Positions 18,899-30,124 of a DNA stretch of 64,000 bases are shown here, piece after piece; within the stretch, counting starts at the first letter, position 1, and each line of letters opens with the position of its first letter. The position numbers were made by a program, and so were the translations under genes. The notes under the pieces were generated by a model, which saw nothing but the letters and a program-made list of their open reading frames with translations, did no database searches and had not been told where the DNA came from. The stretch is taken from sequence record DRR378314_434, one strand, 5' to 3'.

Positions 18899-21706
18899 CT
18901 ATTTAATGGTTAGCGCTTCGTCAACAAGGTTTTGCTGCTGCTTGTTGTGCTCTGAAATGTATCCGACCGCCGGTGCGGCTGACGCACTACGACCACGATA
19001 AGACAACTGAGCTCCTTTCGGAATTGCGGCCCAGAAGTGATGCTGGCTGCTATACCATGCACCCTGGTTCTGAGGCTCTTCCTGACACCAGACAAAATCT
19101 TTAACGTGCTGATAATCTTTCATAATTTCTGCCACTTCTTCCGCAGGGAACGGATACAGCTGTTCGATACGAATAATGGCAACATCTTCTTGTTCACGCT
19201 CGCGGCGTTCTTTCAGTAAATCGTAGTAGACTTTACCTGAGCAAAATACCACGCGTTTTACTTTTTTCGGATTCAGATCATCGATTTCACCAATCGCGTT
19301 CTGGAACCCAAGATCCGCTAAATCATCCATTTCTGAAACCGCTAACGGATGACGTAACAATGACTTAGGCGTCATAACAACTAACGGACGGCGAACCGGA
19401 CGTAAGTGCTGACGACGGATCATGTGGAAAACCTGTGCAGGTGTTGTCGGTACACAAACTGACCAGTTGTGATCGGCCGATAACTGCAGGAAACGCTCAA
19501 GACGGGCGGAACTGTGCTCAGGACCCTGCCCTTCGTAACCGTGTGGCAATAGCAATGTTAAACCACATAAACGTCCCCATTTCTGCTCGCCAGAACTTAA
19601 GAACTGGTCAATAACAACCTGGGCGCCGTTAACGAAATCACCAAATTGAGCTTCCCACATAACCAGAGACTGCGGTTCAGCCGTAGCGTAACCGTATTCG
19701 AAGGCCACAACTGCAGCTTCTGATAAAACCGAGTCATAAATTTCAATTTGCCCCTGATCTGAACCTAAGTTGTTCAGTGGCATATAGGTAGAACCATCTT
19801 TTTGGTTGTGCAATACCGCGTGGCGGTGGAAGAAGGTACCACGGCCGCTGTCCTGACCGGTCAAACGAATATGGGTGCCGTCGTTAACTAAGGTGGCATA
19901 AGCCAAAGTTTCAGCGAACCCCCAGTCCATTGGTTTATCGCCTTTCGCCATTTTCAGACGTTCTTGATAAACTTTTTCAACGCGGGAATTCAGCTTGTCT
20001 TCTTCCGGATACTGAGTGATTTTTTCGCCCAGATCTTTCAGCTTATCTGCTGAGACTTTGTAGTCGTACTCAACGTCCCAGTCGTTTCCTATGTAGGGAG
20101 ACCAGTCAACAGAGTGCTGACGCATAGGACGGTGTTCATCAACCACCACTTCGCCTTTATCTAATGCATCACGATAGTCAGACATCCACTGCTTAGCCGT
20201 GTCTTCATCAACTATCGATTTCTCTATCAGACGCTTGCCATAAAGCTCGCGGGCAACGGGCTGTTTTTTAACTTTTGCGTACATCAGCGGCTGTGTTGCA
20301 CTTGGCTCATCGGCTTCGTTATGTCCATGACGACGATAACAAACCAAATCAATAACCACGTCGCGCTGGAATGCATTACGGTAATCAAGCGCTAACTGAG
20401 TGACAAAAACAACGGCTTCAGGGTCATCCGCATTAACGTGGAAAATTGGCGCCTGCACCATTTTGGCAATGTCAGTACAATACTGAGTAGAGCGCGCATC
20501 TTCCTGTTTAGATGTAGTGAAACCAACCTGGTTATTCACCACGATACGGATAGAGCCGCCTACACGGTAAGCACGTGTCTGCGACATATTGAACGTTTCT
20601 TGTACCACACCCTGACCAGCAACAGCAGCGTCACCGTGAATGGTAATAGGCAAAACTTTTTTGCCTTCCGGATCTTTCAGACGATCCATGCGTGCACGAA
20701 CCGAACCCATAACAACCGGGTTTACAATTTCCAGGTGCGACGGGTTAAAGGCCAAAGCAAGGTGGACGTCGCCGCCCGGCGTTGCATAGTCAGAAGAGAA
20801 GCCCATGTGATACTTAACATCACCCGAGCCTTTACTGCTGTCATGCTTCCCGGCGAACTCGTCGAATAAGTCTTGTGGCTTTTTACCCAGAACGTTGACT
20901 AAAACATTCAAGCGACCACGGTGAGCCATGCCAATAACCACTTCTTTGGCACCCTGCTCACCAGAGCGTGAAATGAGTTCTTTCAACAACGAGACCAGAC
21001 TGTCGCCACCTTCTAAGGAAAAGCGCTTAGCTCCCGGGAATTTTGACCCAAGATACTTTTCCAGTCCGTCAGCGGCTATCAGTTCTTTTAAAATTTTAGT
21101 CTGTTGTTCTTTTTCAAACTTGGGCTTTCCAAGAACACCTTCCAACCGTTGCTGAATCCAGCGTTTTTCCTCGGTTGAAACAATGTGCATGTATTCGGCA
21201 CCAATAGAGCCACAATAAATATTTTCCAGCGCTTCGTGAATATCACTCAGCTTCATTGTGTCTTTGCCAACAGCTAAAGAGCCGACATTAAACTCGCGTT
21301 CTAAGTCGTCTTTGCTTAAATCGTGGAAGTTTAATGAAAGGTCTGGAACGGTTTCCTGTTTCCATAAACCGAGAGGATCAAGGTTGGCGTGCTGATGGCC
21401 GCGGAATCGGTAAGCATTGATGAGCTGTAAAACTTTAACTTGCTTCTGATCTGCGGCAGTCGTACTGCCTGTTTGAGATTGTTTGAGCTTATTCTTAGCG
21501 GCCTGGCGAAACTGCTCCCGGACATCGCTGAGTTTGGTATCAACAATGTGATTATCCTTCGGCAACGCATCGAACATTTGACGCCATTCATCACTGACTG
21601 CCGTCGGATCATCCAGATAAGCCTCAAACATTTGTTCAATGTAGGCAACGTTACCACCGGCTAGATGCGATGTTTCTAACCATTCACGCATTACACCATC
21701 TTGCAT
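18899..21706 (-). CDS. sucA: 2-oxoglutarate dehydrogenase E1
   Basis: GMAHRGRLN, HGDAAVAGQG, WEAQFGDF. Confidence 0.98.
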   Translation of the reverse strand: MQDGVMREWLETSHLAGGNVAYIEQMFEAYLDDPTAVSDEWRQMFDALPKDNHIVDTKLSDVREQFRQAAKNKLKQSQTGSTTAADQKQVKVLQLINAYRFRGHQHANLDPLGLWKQETVPDLSLNFHDLSKDDLEREFNVGSLAVGKDTMKLSDIHEALENIYCGSIGAEYMHIVSTEEKRWIQQRLEGVLGKPKFEKEQQTKILKELIAADGLEKYLGSKFPGAKRFSLEGGDSLVSLLKELISRSGEQGAKEVVIGMAHRGRLNVLVNVLGKKPQDLFDEFAGKHDSSKGSGDVKYHMGFSSDYATPGGDVHLALAFNPSHLEIVNPVVMGSVRARMDRLKDPEGKKVLPITIHGDAAVAGQGVVQETFNMSQTRAYRVGGSIRIVVNNQVGFTTSKQEDARSTQYCTDIAKMVQAPIFHVNADDPEAVVFVTQLALDYRNAFQRDVVIDLVCYRRHGHNEADEPSATQPLMYAKVKKQPVARELYGKRLIEKSIVDEDTAKQWMSDYRDALDKGEVVVDEHRPMRQHSVDWSPYIGNDWDVEYDYKVSADKLKDLGEKITQYPEEDKLNSRVEKVYQERLKMAKGDKPMDWGFAETLAYATLVNDGTHIRLTGQDSGRGTFFHRHAVLHNQKDGSTYMPLNNLGSDQGQIEIYDSVLSEAAVVAFEYGYATAEPQSLVMWEAQFGDFVNGAQVVIDQFLSSGEQKWGRLCGLTLLLPHGYEGQGPEHSSARLERFLQLSADHNWSVCVPTTPAQVFHMIRRQHLRPVRRPLVVMTPKSLLRHPLAVSEMDDLADLGFQNAIGEIDDLNPKKVKRVVFCSGKVYYDLLKERREREQEDVAIIRIEQLYPFPAEEVAEIMKDYQHVKDFVWCQEEPQNQGAWYSSQHHFWAAIPKGAQLSYRGRSASAAPAVGYISEHNKQQQNLVDEALTIK

Positions 21707-21743
21707 TGCGTTTCCTTCACCTGAATAGATAAACCGTTTTTAT

Positions 21744-21772
21744 AAAAAAATAGCCATCCTTTGTGGGATGGC
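21744..21772 (-). terminator. Intrinsic terminator between sdhB and sucA
   Basis: Minus strand GCCATCCC-ACAA-AGGATGGC-TA-T7. Confidence 0.7.
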
Positions 21773-21817
21773 CATCCACAACATCAACCGTTCAAATTGG
21801 CGCGACAATATAACGAG

Positions 21818-22531
21818 TTAAACAGCGCGACTCAAAAGCATCGATTTGATGTGTCCAATAGCCTTTGTTGGATTCAACCCTTTTGGACATACGTTAACGC
21901 AGTTCATGATTCCGTGACAACGGAATACACTAAAGGCATCATCGAGTTCATCCAAACGCTCGTCTGTTGCTGTGTCACGACTATCAATTAAGAAACGATA
22001 AGCGTGCAGCAGACCAGCAGGTCCAACAAATTTATCCGGGTTCCACCAGAACGATGGGCATGATGTTGAACAGCATGCACATAAAATGCACTCGTAAAGA
22101 CCATCAAGCTTAGCACGGTCTTCCGGCGACTGCAGTCGTTCACGCGCTGGTGGCGTTTTGTCATCGTTGATAAGGTACGGTTTGATTTTCTCGTACTGCT
22201 GATAGAACTGGCTCATATCAACAATCAAATCACGAATGACCGGCAAACCTGGTAGCGGACGAATCACAATTTTGTCTGATTTCAAAGAAGACAAGTGAGT
22301 GATACAAGCCAAACCATTTTTACCGTTAATATTCATACCATCGGAGCCACAAACACCTTCACGGCACGAGCGGCGGAACGCCAGCGATGGATCTTGTTCT
22401 TTCAATTTGATCAGTGCTTCTAGCACCATCAAATCCTGATTATCTTCTACTTCCAACGTGTACTCTTTCATGTGAGGCGCGTTGTCGACATCAGGATTAT
22501 AACGATAAACTGAAAATGTGTATTTTTTCAT
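21818..22531 (-). CDS. sdhB: Succinate dehydrogenase Fe-S subunit
   Basis: SCREGVCGSDG, CILCACCSTSCP, CHGIMNCVNVCP. Confidence 0.98.
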   Translation of the reverse strand: MKKYTFSVYRYNPDVDNAPHMKEYTLEVEDNQDLMVLEALIKLKEQDPSLAFRRSCREGVCGSDGMNINGKNGLACITHLSSLKSDKIVIRPLPGLPVIRDLIVDMSQFYQQYEKIKPYLINDDKTPPARERLQSPEDRAKLDGLYECILCACCSTSCPSFWWNPDKFVGPAGLLHAYRFLIDSRDTATDERLDELDDAFSVFRCHGIMNCVNVCPKGLNPTKAIGHIKSMLLSRAV

Positions 22532-22543
22532 ATACCCTCCAAC

Positions 22544-24310
22544 TTAGTAGGTACGAGCTTTCGGAGGGAAAGCTTCACGCAGTTTAGGCGCCATATTGAC
22601 TTCCCGCGTCACCATATCTTCCTTTTCAGGACGATAAACAGTGTGTACTAACCACTTCTCATCATCACGATCCGGGTAGTCTGCACGGCTGTGAGCACCG
22701 CGGCTTTCTGTACGGAAGCTGGCAGCAACTGCAGTTGAGTAAGCCGTTTCCATCAAGTTATCTAGCTCAAGGCACTCGACGCGCTGAGTATTAAACTCTT
22801 TAGAGGTGTCATCAAGACGAGCGTTTTTCAGGCGTTCGCGAATTTCGCGCAGCTCAGCAAGCCCTTCTTTCATTGAATCGCCTTCGCGGAAAACCGAGAA
22901 ATTAAGTTGCATGCACTGTTGCAGGTCTTTCTTAATTTGTGCCGGATCTTCGCCTTTCTGAGTATTTTCCCAACGATTATAACGCGCTAGTGCAGCGTCA
23001 ATGTCGTCGCTACTTGCTTCTCTGGCTTCTACGTTAGCCGCAAGCGTTTCGCCCAGGTGCATACCGGTTGAACGACCGAATACCACTAGGTCAAGTAGTG
23101 AGTTACCGCCTAAGCGGTTAGCACCGTGTACAGATACACAAGCAATTTCACCACAAGCAAACAGCCCTTTAACGTGAGATGTCTGACCATCGTCACCAAC
23201 AGTCAGGACTTGTCCATTAACATCCGTCGGAATACCGCCCATCATATAGTGACAGGTAGGGATAACCGGAATAGGCTCTTTCACCGGATCAACGTGTGCG
23301 AATGTACGTGATAAGTCACAAACACCCGGCAAACGACTCTCCAGGGTTTCTTTACCCAGGTGATCCAGTTTCAGTTTAAGGTGAGTACCCCATGGGCCTT
23401 CACAACCACGTCCTTCACGGATTTCAGTCATCATAGCGCGTGAAACGACGTCGCGTGATGCCAAATCTTTCGCGTTTGGCGCATAACGCTCCATAAAGCG
23501 TTCACCGTCTTTGTTCAGCAGGTAACCGCCTTCACCACGACAACCTTCTGTGACAAGCGAGCCCGCTCCGGCAATACCGGTTGGGTGGAACTGCCACATT
23601 TCCATATCTTGTACAGGAACGCCGGCACGTAGTGCCATACCAATACCGTCACCCGTGTTGATATGAGCATTGGTCGTTGAAGAATAAATACGACCCGCAC
23701 CACCGGTAGCAAGAACAACGGCCTTAGCTTTAACAAAGTAAACTTCGCCGCTTTCGATATCCATGGTGGTTACACCACAAACTTCGCCGTCTTGGTTCTT
23801 AACGATATCCAGCGCGTACCATTCTGAAAATACGGTGGTTTTTTTCTTCACGTTTTGCTGATAAAGCAAATGCAGCAAAGCATGACCGGTACGGTCAGCT
23901 GCAGCGGCAGTGCGAGCAGCCTGCTCGCCTCCAAAGTTCTTCGACTGACCACCAAATGGACGTTGATAAACTTTGCCGTTTTCAAAACGCGAGAATGGTA
24001 AACCTAAGTTTTCCATTTCTAAAATAGCTTCAGGGCCAGCTTTACACATGTATTCGATAGCGTCCTGGTCACCAATATAGTCCGAACCTTTAACGGTATC
24101 GAACATGTGCCATTCCCAGTTATCTTCATGCGCATTACCTAATGCTACGGTAATACCACCCTGAGCAGAAACTGTGTGAGAGCGTGTTGGAAACACTTTG
24201 GACATCAACGCGCAGCTCAATCCCTCTTGGGAAATTTGCAGTGCTGCTCGCATGCCGGCACCGCCAGCACCAATCACCACTGCATCATATTCTAAAGTTT
24301 TAACAGTCAC
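22544..24310 (-). CDS. sdhA: Succinate dehydrogenase flavoprotein
   Basis: [26 protein letters not shown]. Confidence 0.98.
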   Translation of the reverse strand: MTVKTLEYDAVVIGAGGAGMRAALQISQEGLSCALMSKVFPTRSHTVSAQGGITVALGNAHEDNWEWHMFDTVKGSDYIGDQDAIEYMCKAGPEAILEMENLGLPFSRFENGKVYQRPFGGQSKNFGGEQAARTAAAADRTGHALLHLLYQQNVKKKTTVFSEWYALDIVKNQDGEVCGVTTMDIESGEVYFVKAKAVVLATGGAGRIYSSTTNAHINTGDGIGMALRAGVPVQDMEMWQFHPTGIAGAGSLVTEGCRGEGGYLLNKDGERFMERYAPNAKDLASRDVVSRAMMTEIREGRGCEGPWGTHLKLKLDHLGKETLESRLPGVCDLSRTFAHVDPVKEPIPVIPTCHYMMGGIPTDVNGQVLTVGDDGQTSHVKGLFACGEIACVSVHGANRLGGNSLLDLVVFGRSTGMHLGETLAANVEAREASSDDIDAALARYNRWENTQKGEDPAQIKKDLQQCMQLNFSVFREGDSMKEGLAELREIRERLKNARLDDTSKEFNTQRVECLELDNLMETAYSTAVAASFRTESRGAHSRADYPDRDDEKWLVHTVYRPEKEDMVTREVNMAPKLREAFPPKARTY

Positions 24311-24658
24311 TTAAACACCCCACAGTACGAATAAGCCAGTGAGCCAAACAGCGATCAGACCAACGCTGAAAACCAGTTGGATAAAAGCTCTGAGACCGGA
24401 CGCTTTCACGTAGTCTGTTGATACTTGCCAAATGCCAATCCAGCCGTGAATTAACACAGAGGATAAAGCCAGCATAGTGAACACTTTCATCCAAATGTTG
24501 GCAAACAACCCACTCCACACTTGATAAGTTACATCTGGCGTAGAAAGGAAGAACCCAGCCATGAACAGTGAATATAGAACCATTACAATCGCGCTGGCTC
24601 TCAATAAAATAAAGTCATGAGAACCGCTACGACCAAAAGTAGCTGCTGCTGTTACCAT
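24311..24658 (-). CDS. sdhD: Succinate dehydrogenase membrane anchor
   Basis: MVTAAATFGRSGSHDF, HGWIG, TDYVK; start ATG 24658. Confidence 0.95.
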   Translation of the reverse strand: MVTAAATFGRSGSHDFILLRASAIVMVLYSLFMAGFFLSTPDVTYQVWSGLFANIWMKVFTMLALSSVLIHGWIGIWQVSTDYVKASGLRAFIQLVFSVGLIAVWLTGLFVLWGV

Positions 24659-25026
24659 AGCCAAACTCCTACTAATACGGAAAAGATCACAGAAAGAGCA
24701 ATTGAGACAATTGCGCTGATTCTTCCGGAATCGAGTTCTTCCCAGTAGCCCATGTCCATTACTAAGTGACGCAGACCAATGATTAAGTGAAATCCTAGCG
24801 CTGTCAAAATACCCCAGCCAATAAATTTAGCGATAAAGCTGGTCATGATACTCTCAATTTGAGCAAAGCCTTCAGGGCCACTAAGTGACACGGCAAAAGC
24901 CCAAATTAGAAAAGCCAGAGAGAACAGCATAGCAACACCGGAAATACGATGCAGTATGGATGCTTTGGCAGCGGCAGGAAGCTTGATAGTTGATAAGTCT
25001 AAATTAACAGGTCTTTCTTTTTTCAC
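24652..25026 (-). CDS. sdhC: Succinate dehydrogenase cytochrome b556 subunit
   Basis: RPVNLDL, SILHRISG, GLRHLVMD; start GTG 25026 after AAGG. Confidence 0.95.
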   Translation of the reverse strand: MKKERPVNLDLSTIKLPAAAKASILHRISGVAMLFSLAFLIWAFAVSLSGPEGFAQIESIMTSFIAKFIGWGILTALGFHLIIGLRHLVMDMGYWEELDSGRISAIVSIALSVIFSVLVGVWLW

Positions 25027-25352
25027 GATAGATTGCCTTTTAATAAAGCACAAAAGAAATGCAATTTTCGTTTGCGCGACACAGAAACATGCCACCAATA
25101 CGGCGCAAAGTATATCTAGCCAAGCTATTAATTACAACGACAAACTCAGATTTGAACGCTGACTAAAATACGCTTTACTACTAAAGTCTAACCTAACAAG
25201 ATAATTCTTCAATCTGAGTAATCTTTTCGTCATGTTTATTACGTATATTTCGCTATAATTGGTTCATGTTCCCCGATTAAAATTGACATTTACGGGCATG
25301 ATCGAGTTAAATTAGCGCACTTTTTCAAAGTAGATAGCGAGGAGAATTCCTT

Positions 25353-26633
25353 ATGGCTGATCGTAAAGCCACTTTACAGATTGACGGCCAATCCATTGAA
25401 TTGCCGGTACTATCACCAACGGCAGGAAAGGATGTAGTTGACGTCCGAACTCTGGGAAAACATGGTTATTTTACTTTTGACCCAGGGTTTCTGGCTACAG
25501 GCTCTTGCGAGTCGGCTATCACCTATATAGATGGTGAAAACGGCGTTTTACTGCACCGCGGTTACCCTATTGGTGAATTAGCAACTAAAGCAGATTACTT
25601 AGAAGTTTGCTACATGTTGTTGCACGGCGAAGCTCCTACCGAAAAGCAATACCATGAATTCAAAAACACCATTACTAAACACACTATGGTGCATCAGGGA
25701 ATTCACAATTTCTTTAATGGTTTCCGTCGCGATGCTCACCCTATGGCAATGTTATGTGCCGTAACGGGAGCTTTATCATCGTTCTATCATGATGATCTGG
25801 AGATTCACGATGAAAACCAACGTTTACGTAGTGCTTACCGTCTGATTGCAAAAATTCCAACAATTGCAGCAATGGCTTATAAATTCAGCATTGGTCAACC
25901 TTTCGTTTACCCACGTAACGACTTAGGTTATGCAGAAAACTTCCTGAACATGATGTTCTCGGTTCCTGCGGAAGACTACAAAATAAGCCCTGCGGTAGCT
26001 CGCGCTATGGATCGCATCTTTACTTTGCATGCTGACCACGAGCAAAACGCATCAACGTCAACAGTACGCCTTGCCGGTTCTTCTGGTGCTAACCCTTACG
26101 CATGTATCGCTGCGGGTGTTGCGTCTTTATGGGGACCAGCCCATGGTGGTGCAAACGAAGCTTGCTTGCGTATGCTGGCTGAAATTGGCTCTGTTGAAAA
26201 CATTCCAAAATATATTGAGAAAGCAAAAGACAAAGACGATCCTTTCCGTCTAATGGGCTTTGGTCACCGTGTATACAAAAACACCGACCCTCGTGCAACG
26301 GTAATGCGTGAATCTTGCCACGAAGTACTGAAAGAATTGGATCGTGATGATCCATTACTTGACGTCGCAATGGAACTGGAGCGTATCGCTCTGGAAGACG
26401 ACTACTTCATTGAAAAGAAACTCTTCCCTAACGTTGACTTCTACTCAGGTATCGTACTGAAAGCTATTGGTATTCCTACCAATATGTTCACCGTTATCTT
26501 TGCGCTGTCACGTACTGTCGGCTGGGTTTCTCACTGGCACGAAATGATGGGCGAAGAAAACCAGAAAATTGGTCGTCCTCGTCAGTTATATACTGGTTAT
26601 ACAAAACGCGAGTTTTCACCAATTAAAAAATAA
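25353..26633 (+). CDS. gltA: Citrate synthase (type II)
   Basis: [34 protein letters not shown]. Confidence 0.98.
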   Translation: MADRKATLQIDGQSIELPVLSPTAGKDVVDVRTLGKHGYFTFDPGFLATGSCESAITYIDGENGVLLHRGYPIGELATKADYLEVCYMLLHGEAPTEKQYHEFKNTITKHTMVHQGIHNFFNGFRRDAHPMAMLCAVTGALSSFYHDDLEIHDENQRLRSAYRLIAKIPTIAAMAYKFSIGQPFVYPRNDLGYAENFLNMMFSVPAEDYKISPAVARAMDRIFTLHADHEQNASTSTVRLAGSSGANPYACIAAGVASLWGPAHGGANEACLRMLAEIGSVENIPKYIEKAKDKDDPFRLMGFGHRVYKNTDPRATVMRESCHEVLKELDRDDPLLDVAMELERIALEDDYFIEKKLFPNVDFYSGIVLKAIGIPTNMFTVIFALSRTVGWVSHWHEMMGEENQKIGRPRQLYTGYTKREFSPIKK

Positions 26634-26649
26634 ATTGGTTTGAGTTAAG

Positions 26650-26676
26650 AAGGCGCTCGGTTGAGCGCCTTTTTTT
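26650..26676 (+). terminator. gltA terminator
   Basis: aaggcgctc-ggtt-gagcgcctt plus T-run. Confidence 0.9.
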
Positions 26677-26849
26677 ATGCCCGCTCTTAATTAGTTTGAG
26701 TACATTGCTTTTCACACCTTACAGAACGTGCAACGAAGCCTTAAATTCTTTATACTACGTCGCATTTCGTTGGTCGCCAAAGAGAGAGCTGACAGACAAA
26801 TTCATTTTCAACGTGCTTTAGCAAGTTGCAGATAATTACAGAGAGGCTT

Positions 26850-28196
26850 ATGCAGCAAGTAGTCAATGTACAACAACCCATCATTACACCACGTAAATTC
26901 AAGGTATATCAGCATCGCCAGTTAGATAAAATTGAGGCGTTAAAGAAAGTTCCTGATGACATGCGTTTTGAAATGAAAGTCGTCGCTAATGTACTGCCAT
27001 TCAGAGTTAATGAATATGTATTTAACGAACTGATTGACTGGGAAAATGTACCCAATGACCCGCTGTTTCAGCTAACTTTCCCGCAAAAAGATATGCTGGA
27101 GCCTTCTGCGTACCAGCGCATGGCAGACCTAATGTCTGGCAAGCACACCACCAATGAAGTGTTTGATTTGGCGACTCAGCTACGCGATGAAATGAACCCT
27201 CACCCTGCCGGACAAATGCAAATGAATGTGCCGCATGTTGACGGTGAGCCTTTGCCGGGCATGCAGCATAAGTACCGCGAAACGGTGCTCTTTTTCCCGG
27301 CTCAGGGGCAGTACTGCCATTCTTACTGCACTTTCTGCTTCCGTTGGGCGCAATTTGTCGGTAAAGCTACCCGCTTTAATTCAAATGACGCGGATCAATT
27401 GCACCGCTATCTGGCTCAGCACAAAGAAGTTACTGACTTGCTGGTGACCGGCGGCGACCCTATGGTTATGCGCACGCGCAAGCTGGCTCATTACTTAGAG
27501 GGTTTACTGCAACCTGAGTTCGAGCACATTAAAACCATACGCATTGGCACTAAATCATTAACCTTCTGGCCCTACCGCTTTATCACCGACCCCGACGCGG
27601 ACGATTTACTGCGTTTATTAGAGCGTTTAGTTGATGGTGGCAAGCATGTGTCGATAATGGCGCATTTAAACCACCCGAATGAATTACGCACTGAAGTGTG
27701 TCAGGAGGCCATTCGTCGCCTGCGCGCTACAGGTGTTCAAATCCGCTGTCAGGCTCCTTTACTAAAGCACATTAATGACGACCCGGATGTCTGGGCTTCT
27801 ATGTGGGAGAAGCAGGTACAACTCGGATTAATCCCTTATTATATGTTTGTCGAGCGGGATACCGGAGCAAAACGTTACTTTGAAGTACCGCTGGAGCGTA
27901 CCTGGGAAATTTTCCAGAAAGCGTACCAGCAGGTTTCAGGTATAGCTCGTACCGTGCGAGGCCCCTCGATGAGTGCCGGCCCGGGGAAAGTAGAAGTTCA
28001 GGGTGTTACTGAAATTGCTGGTGAGAAAGTCTTTGCCTTACGCTTTATCCAGGGGCGCAATCCGGACTGGGTACAACGTCCCTTCTTCGCTAAATATGAT
28101 CCGGATGCCACCTGGCTGCATCACTTAAAACCAGCTTTTGGTGAGGAAAAATTCTTTTTCGAAGATGAGTATTCAAAAATGTCGGCGATGGATTAA
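26850..28196 (+). CDS. KamA-family radical SAM 2,3-aminomutase-like protein
   Basis: [35 protein letters not shown] 26850 after GAGG. Confidence 0.85.
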   Translation: MQQVVNVQQPIITPRKFKVYQHRQLDKIEALKKVPDDMRFEMKVVANVLPFRVNEYVFNELIDWENVPNDPLFQLTFPQKDMLEPSAYQRMADLMSGKHTTNEVFDLATQLRDEMNPHPAGQMQMNVPHVDGEPLPGMQHKYRETVLFFPAQGQYCHSYCTFCFRWAQFVGKATRFNSNDADQLHRYLAQHKEVTDLLVTGGDPMVMRTRKLAHYLEGLLQPEFEHIKTIRIGTKSLTFWPYRFITDPDADDLLRLLERLVDGGKHVSIMAHLNHPNELRTEVCQEAIRRLRATGVQIRCQAPLLKHINDDPDVWASMWEKQVQLGLIPYYMFVERDTGAKRYFEVPLERTWEIFQKAYQQVSGIARTVRGPSMSAGPGKVEVQGVTEIAGEKVFALRFIQGRNPDWVQRPFFAKYDPDATWLHHLKPAFGEEKFFFEDEYSKMSAMD

Positions 28197-28954
28197 CCAT
28201 CGCCTGCCAGTTTTCGTGCCCGCTGCAGGTCCTCTTCAGTATCAATGCCTGTAGCCGGTGCGAGAATGGCTTCAGCGACATGAATACGTTCTCCGTGCCA
28301 AAGCACCCGCAATTGTTCTAACGACTCAAGCTGTTCAATAGGGCTTGGCTCCCATTCAATATAACGTCTGACAAAACCCGCCCGATAAGCATAAATACCA
28401 ATGTGACGATGATAATGCTCAGTAACGACATTTGTCGCTCGGTCGGCAGAAAAGTGCTCTCTGTCCCAGGGAATTGCGGCACGGCTAAAGTACAGCGCAT
28501 AACCCGCAGCATCGGTAACCACTTTTACTGTATTCGGGTTAAAAATATCTTCAGCGTCAGTAATGGGCACGGCCAGCGTCGCCATAGGTGCCTGCCGTTG
28601 ATTGGCTAAGTTATCAGCAACCTGTCGAATAATTTCAGGCGGAATAAAGGGCTCATCACCCTGAACATTAACCACCACCTCGTTTTCTGCCAGAGCTAAT
28701 TGTTCGATAACTTCAGCCAAACGTTCCGTACCCGAGGAGTGTTCACTTGAGGTCATCATGACGCGACCACCAAACTTATCAACGCCCTCTTTAATCCGCA
28801 TATCATCGGTAGCAACTATGACTTCGGCAGCGCCACTAGCCTCAGCTCGCTCAACCACATGCTGAATCATCGGTTTACCGGCAATATCGGCTAAAGGTTT
28901 GCCCGGCAAGCGGCTGGAACCGTAGCGAGCTGGAATGACAACGGTAAAACTCAT
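28193..28954 (-). CDS. kdsB: CMP-Kdo synthetase
   Basis: [28 protein letters not shown]. Confidence 0.97.
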   Translation of the reverse strand: MSFTVVIPARYGSSRLPGKPLADIAGKPMIQHVVERAEASGAAEVIVATDDMRIKEGVDKFGGRVMMTSSEHSSGTERLAEVIEQLALAENEVVVNVQGDEPFIPPEIIRQVADNLANQRQAPMATLAVPITDAEDIFNPNTVKVVTDAAGYALYFSRAAIPWDREHFSADRATNVVTEHYHRHIGIYAYRAGFVRRYIEWEPSPIEQLESLEQLRVLWHGERIHVAEAILAPATGIDTEEDLQRARKLAGDG

Positions 28955-29148
28955 GAAGGAACCTTTTCTAACTCTTCTGATGATAACTCGCGAGCCTTAT
29001 CCGCTATAAGCACGGGAATATTCTCGTCTATTGGATATGCGAGGCGTTCTCCGCGGCATACTAACTCGTCTTTATCGGCGTAATAGGTCAGTTTCCCTTT
29101 ACACTTTGGACACGCCAATATTGCTAATGTCGTTTTATCGATGGCCAT
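28951..29148 (-). CDS. ycaR: Trm112-family protein
   Basis: [20 protein letters not shown]; lpxK-ycaR-kdsB synteny. Confidence 0.9.
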   Translation of the reverse strand: MAIDKTTLAILACPKCKGKLTYYADKDELVCRGERLAYPIDENIPVLIADKARELSSEELEKVPS

Positions 29149-30124
29149 TTTTCTTCCTTTCCAGCTCTGCCAATAAGTTAGTTTTCATCACTTCGGGCAG
29201 CTTCGCTTCAATTGTTTGGTAATACCAGTCAGCTTGCGCAAAAGACTGGCATTTACCAGCATCTTTTTCTGTCATTAATATAGGGTTACTAGCCAGGTTA
29301 GAAAAGTCCTGTTGACTAAAAGCGTGATGATCCGCAAAGCTCTGACTGTTCTCCAGTTCAATACCCTGCTCAATTAGCGAGTTAAAAAATCGCTGCGGAT
29401 AACCAATACCAGCCACGGCATTAAATTTGCTCTCGGTTTTTAACGCAACTTGCTCGTTATTATCAACCCGGTACCAGTTGCCAGGCTCGACATCCACAAC
29501 ATGTCGGGCGAATGCATGACGACCATAGTTAGAAATAACCCAGTCCGCACCTTTGAGACGCCATGGGCCTTCCCGTAATGGGCCCGCAGGCAAAAGCCAT
29601 CCATTTCCGGTGCCTCGCTCAGCGTCTATCATAATTAATTCAATATCGCGTTTGAGTGCATAATGCTGTAACCCGTCATCACAGATAATAACGTCTACTT
29701 TGGGGTGTTGTTCCGCCATAAGCTTTGCAGCCTGAGCTCGTTTGGGCGCAATAACAACAGGGCAGCCAGTGCGACGACGCATGAGCAAAGGTTCATCACC
29801 GGCTTTTTCCGGAGAGTCGCTCTCTAAAACCTCATAAGGAAAAGGCCCTTTTGCACCGTAACCACGACTGATAATGCCCGGATTCCAGCCCTCATCTTTG
29901 AGCCATTGACTTAAGGCCACAACCATAGGTGTTTTGCCAGTGCCGCCCACGCTAATGTTTCCCACTACTATGACCGGAACATCAGCTTTATAGCGTGGCA
30001 TTAACCCCAAAGCATAAAAACTGCGACGCAAATTTGTTACCAGCCAAAACACCAGCGACAGTGGTGTCAGCAAAAACAGTAAAGGGTGCAGCCTGGCTTT
30101 ATACCACTGCTTTTGAAGCCACAT
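29135..30124 (-). CDS. lpxK: Tetraacyldisaccharide 4'-kinase
   Basis: VGNISVGGTGKTP, SRGYG, DDGLQH, TEKDAGK. Confidence 0.97.
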   Translation of the reverse strand: MWLQKQWYKARLHPLLFLLTPLSLVFWLVTNLRRSFYALGLMPRYKADVPVIVVGNISVGGTGKTPMVVALSQWLKDEGWNPGIISRGYGAKGPFPYEVLESDSPEKAGDEPLLMRRRTGCPVVIAPKRAQAAKLMAEQHPKVDVIICDDGLQHYALKRDIELIMIDAERGTGNGWLLPAGPLREGPWRLKGADWVISNYGRHAFARHVVDVEPGNWYRVDNNEQVALKTESKFNAVAGIGYPQRFFNSLIEQGIELENSQSFADHHAFSQQDFSNLASNPILMTEKDAGKCQSFAQADWYYQTIEAKLPEVMKTNLLAELERKKNGHR

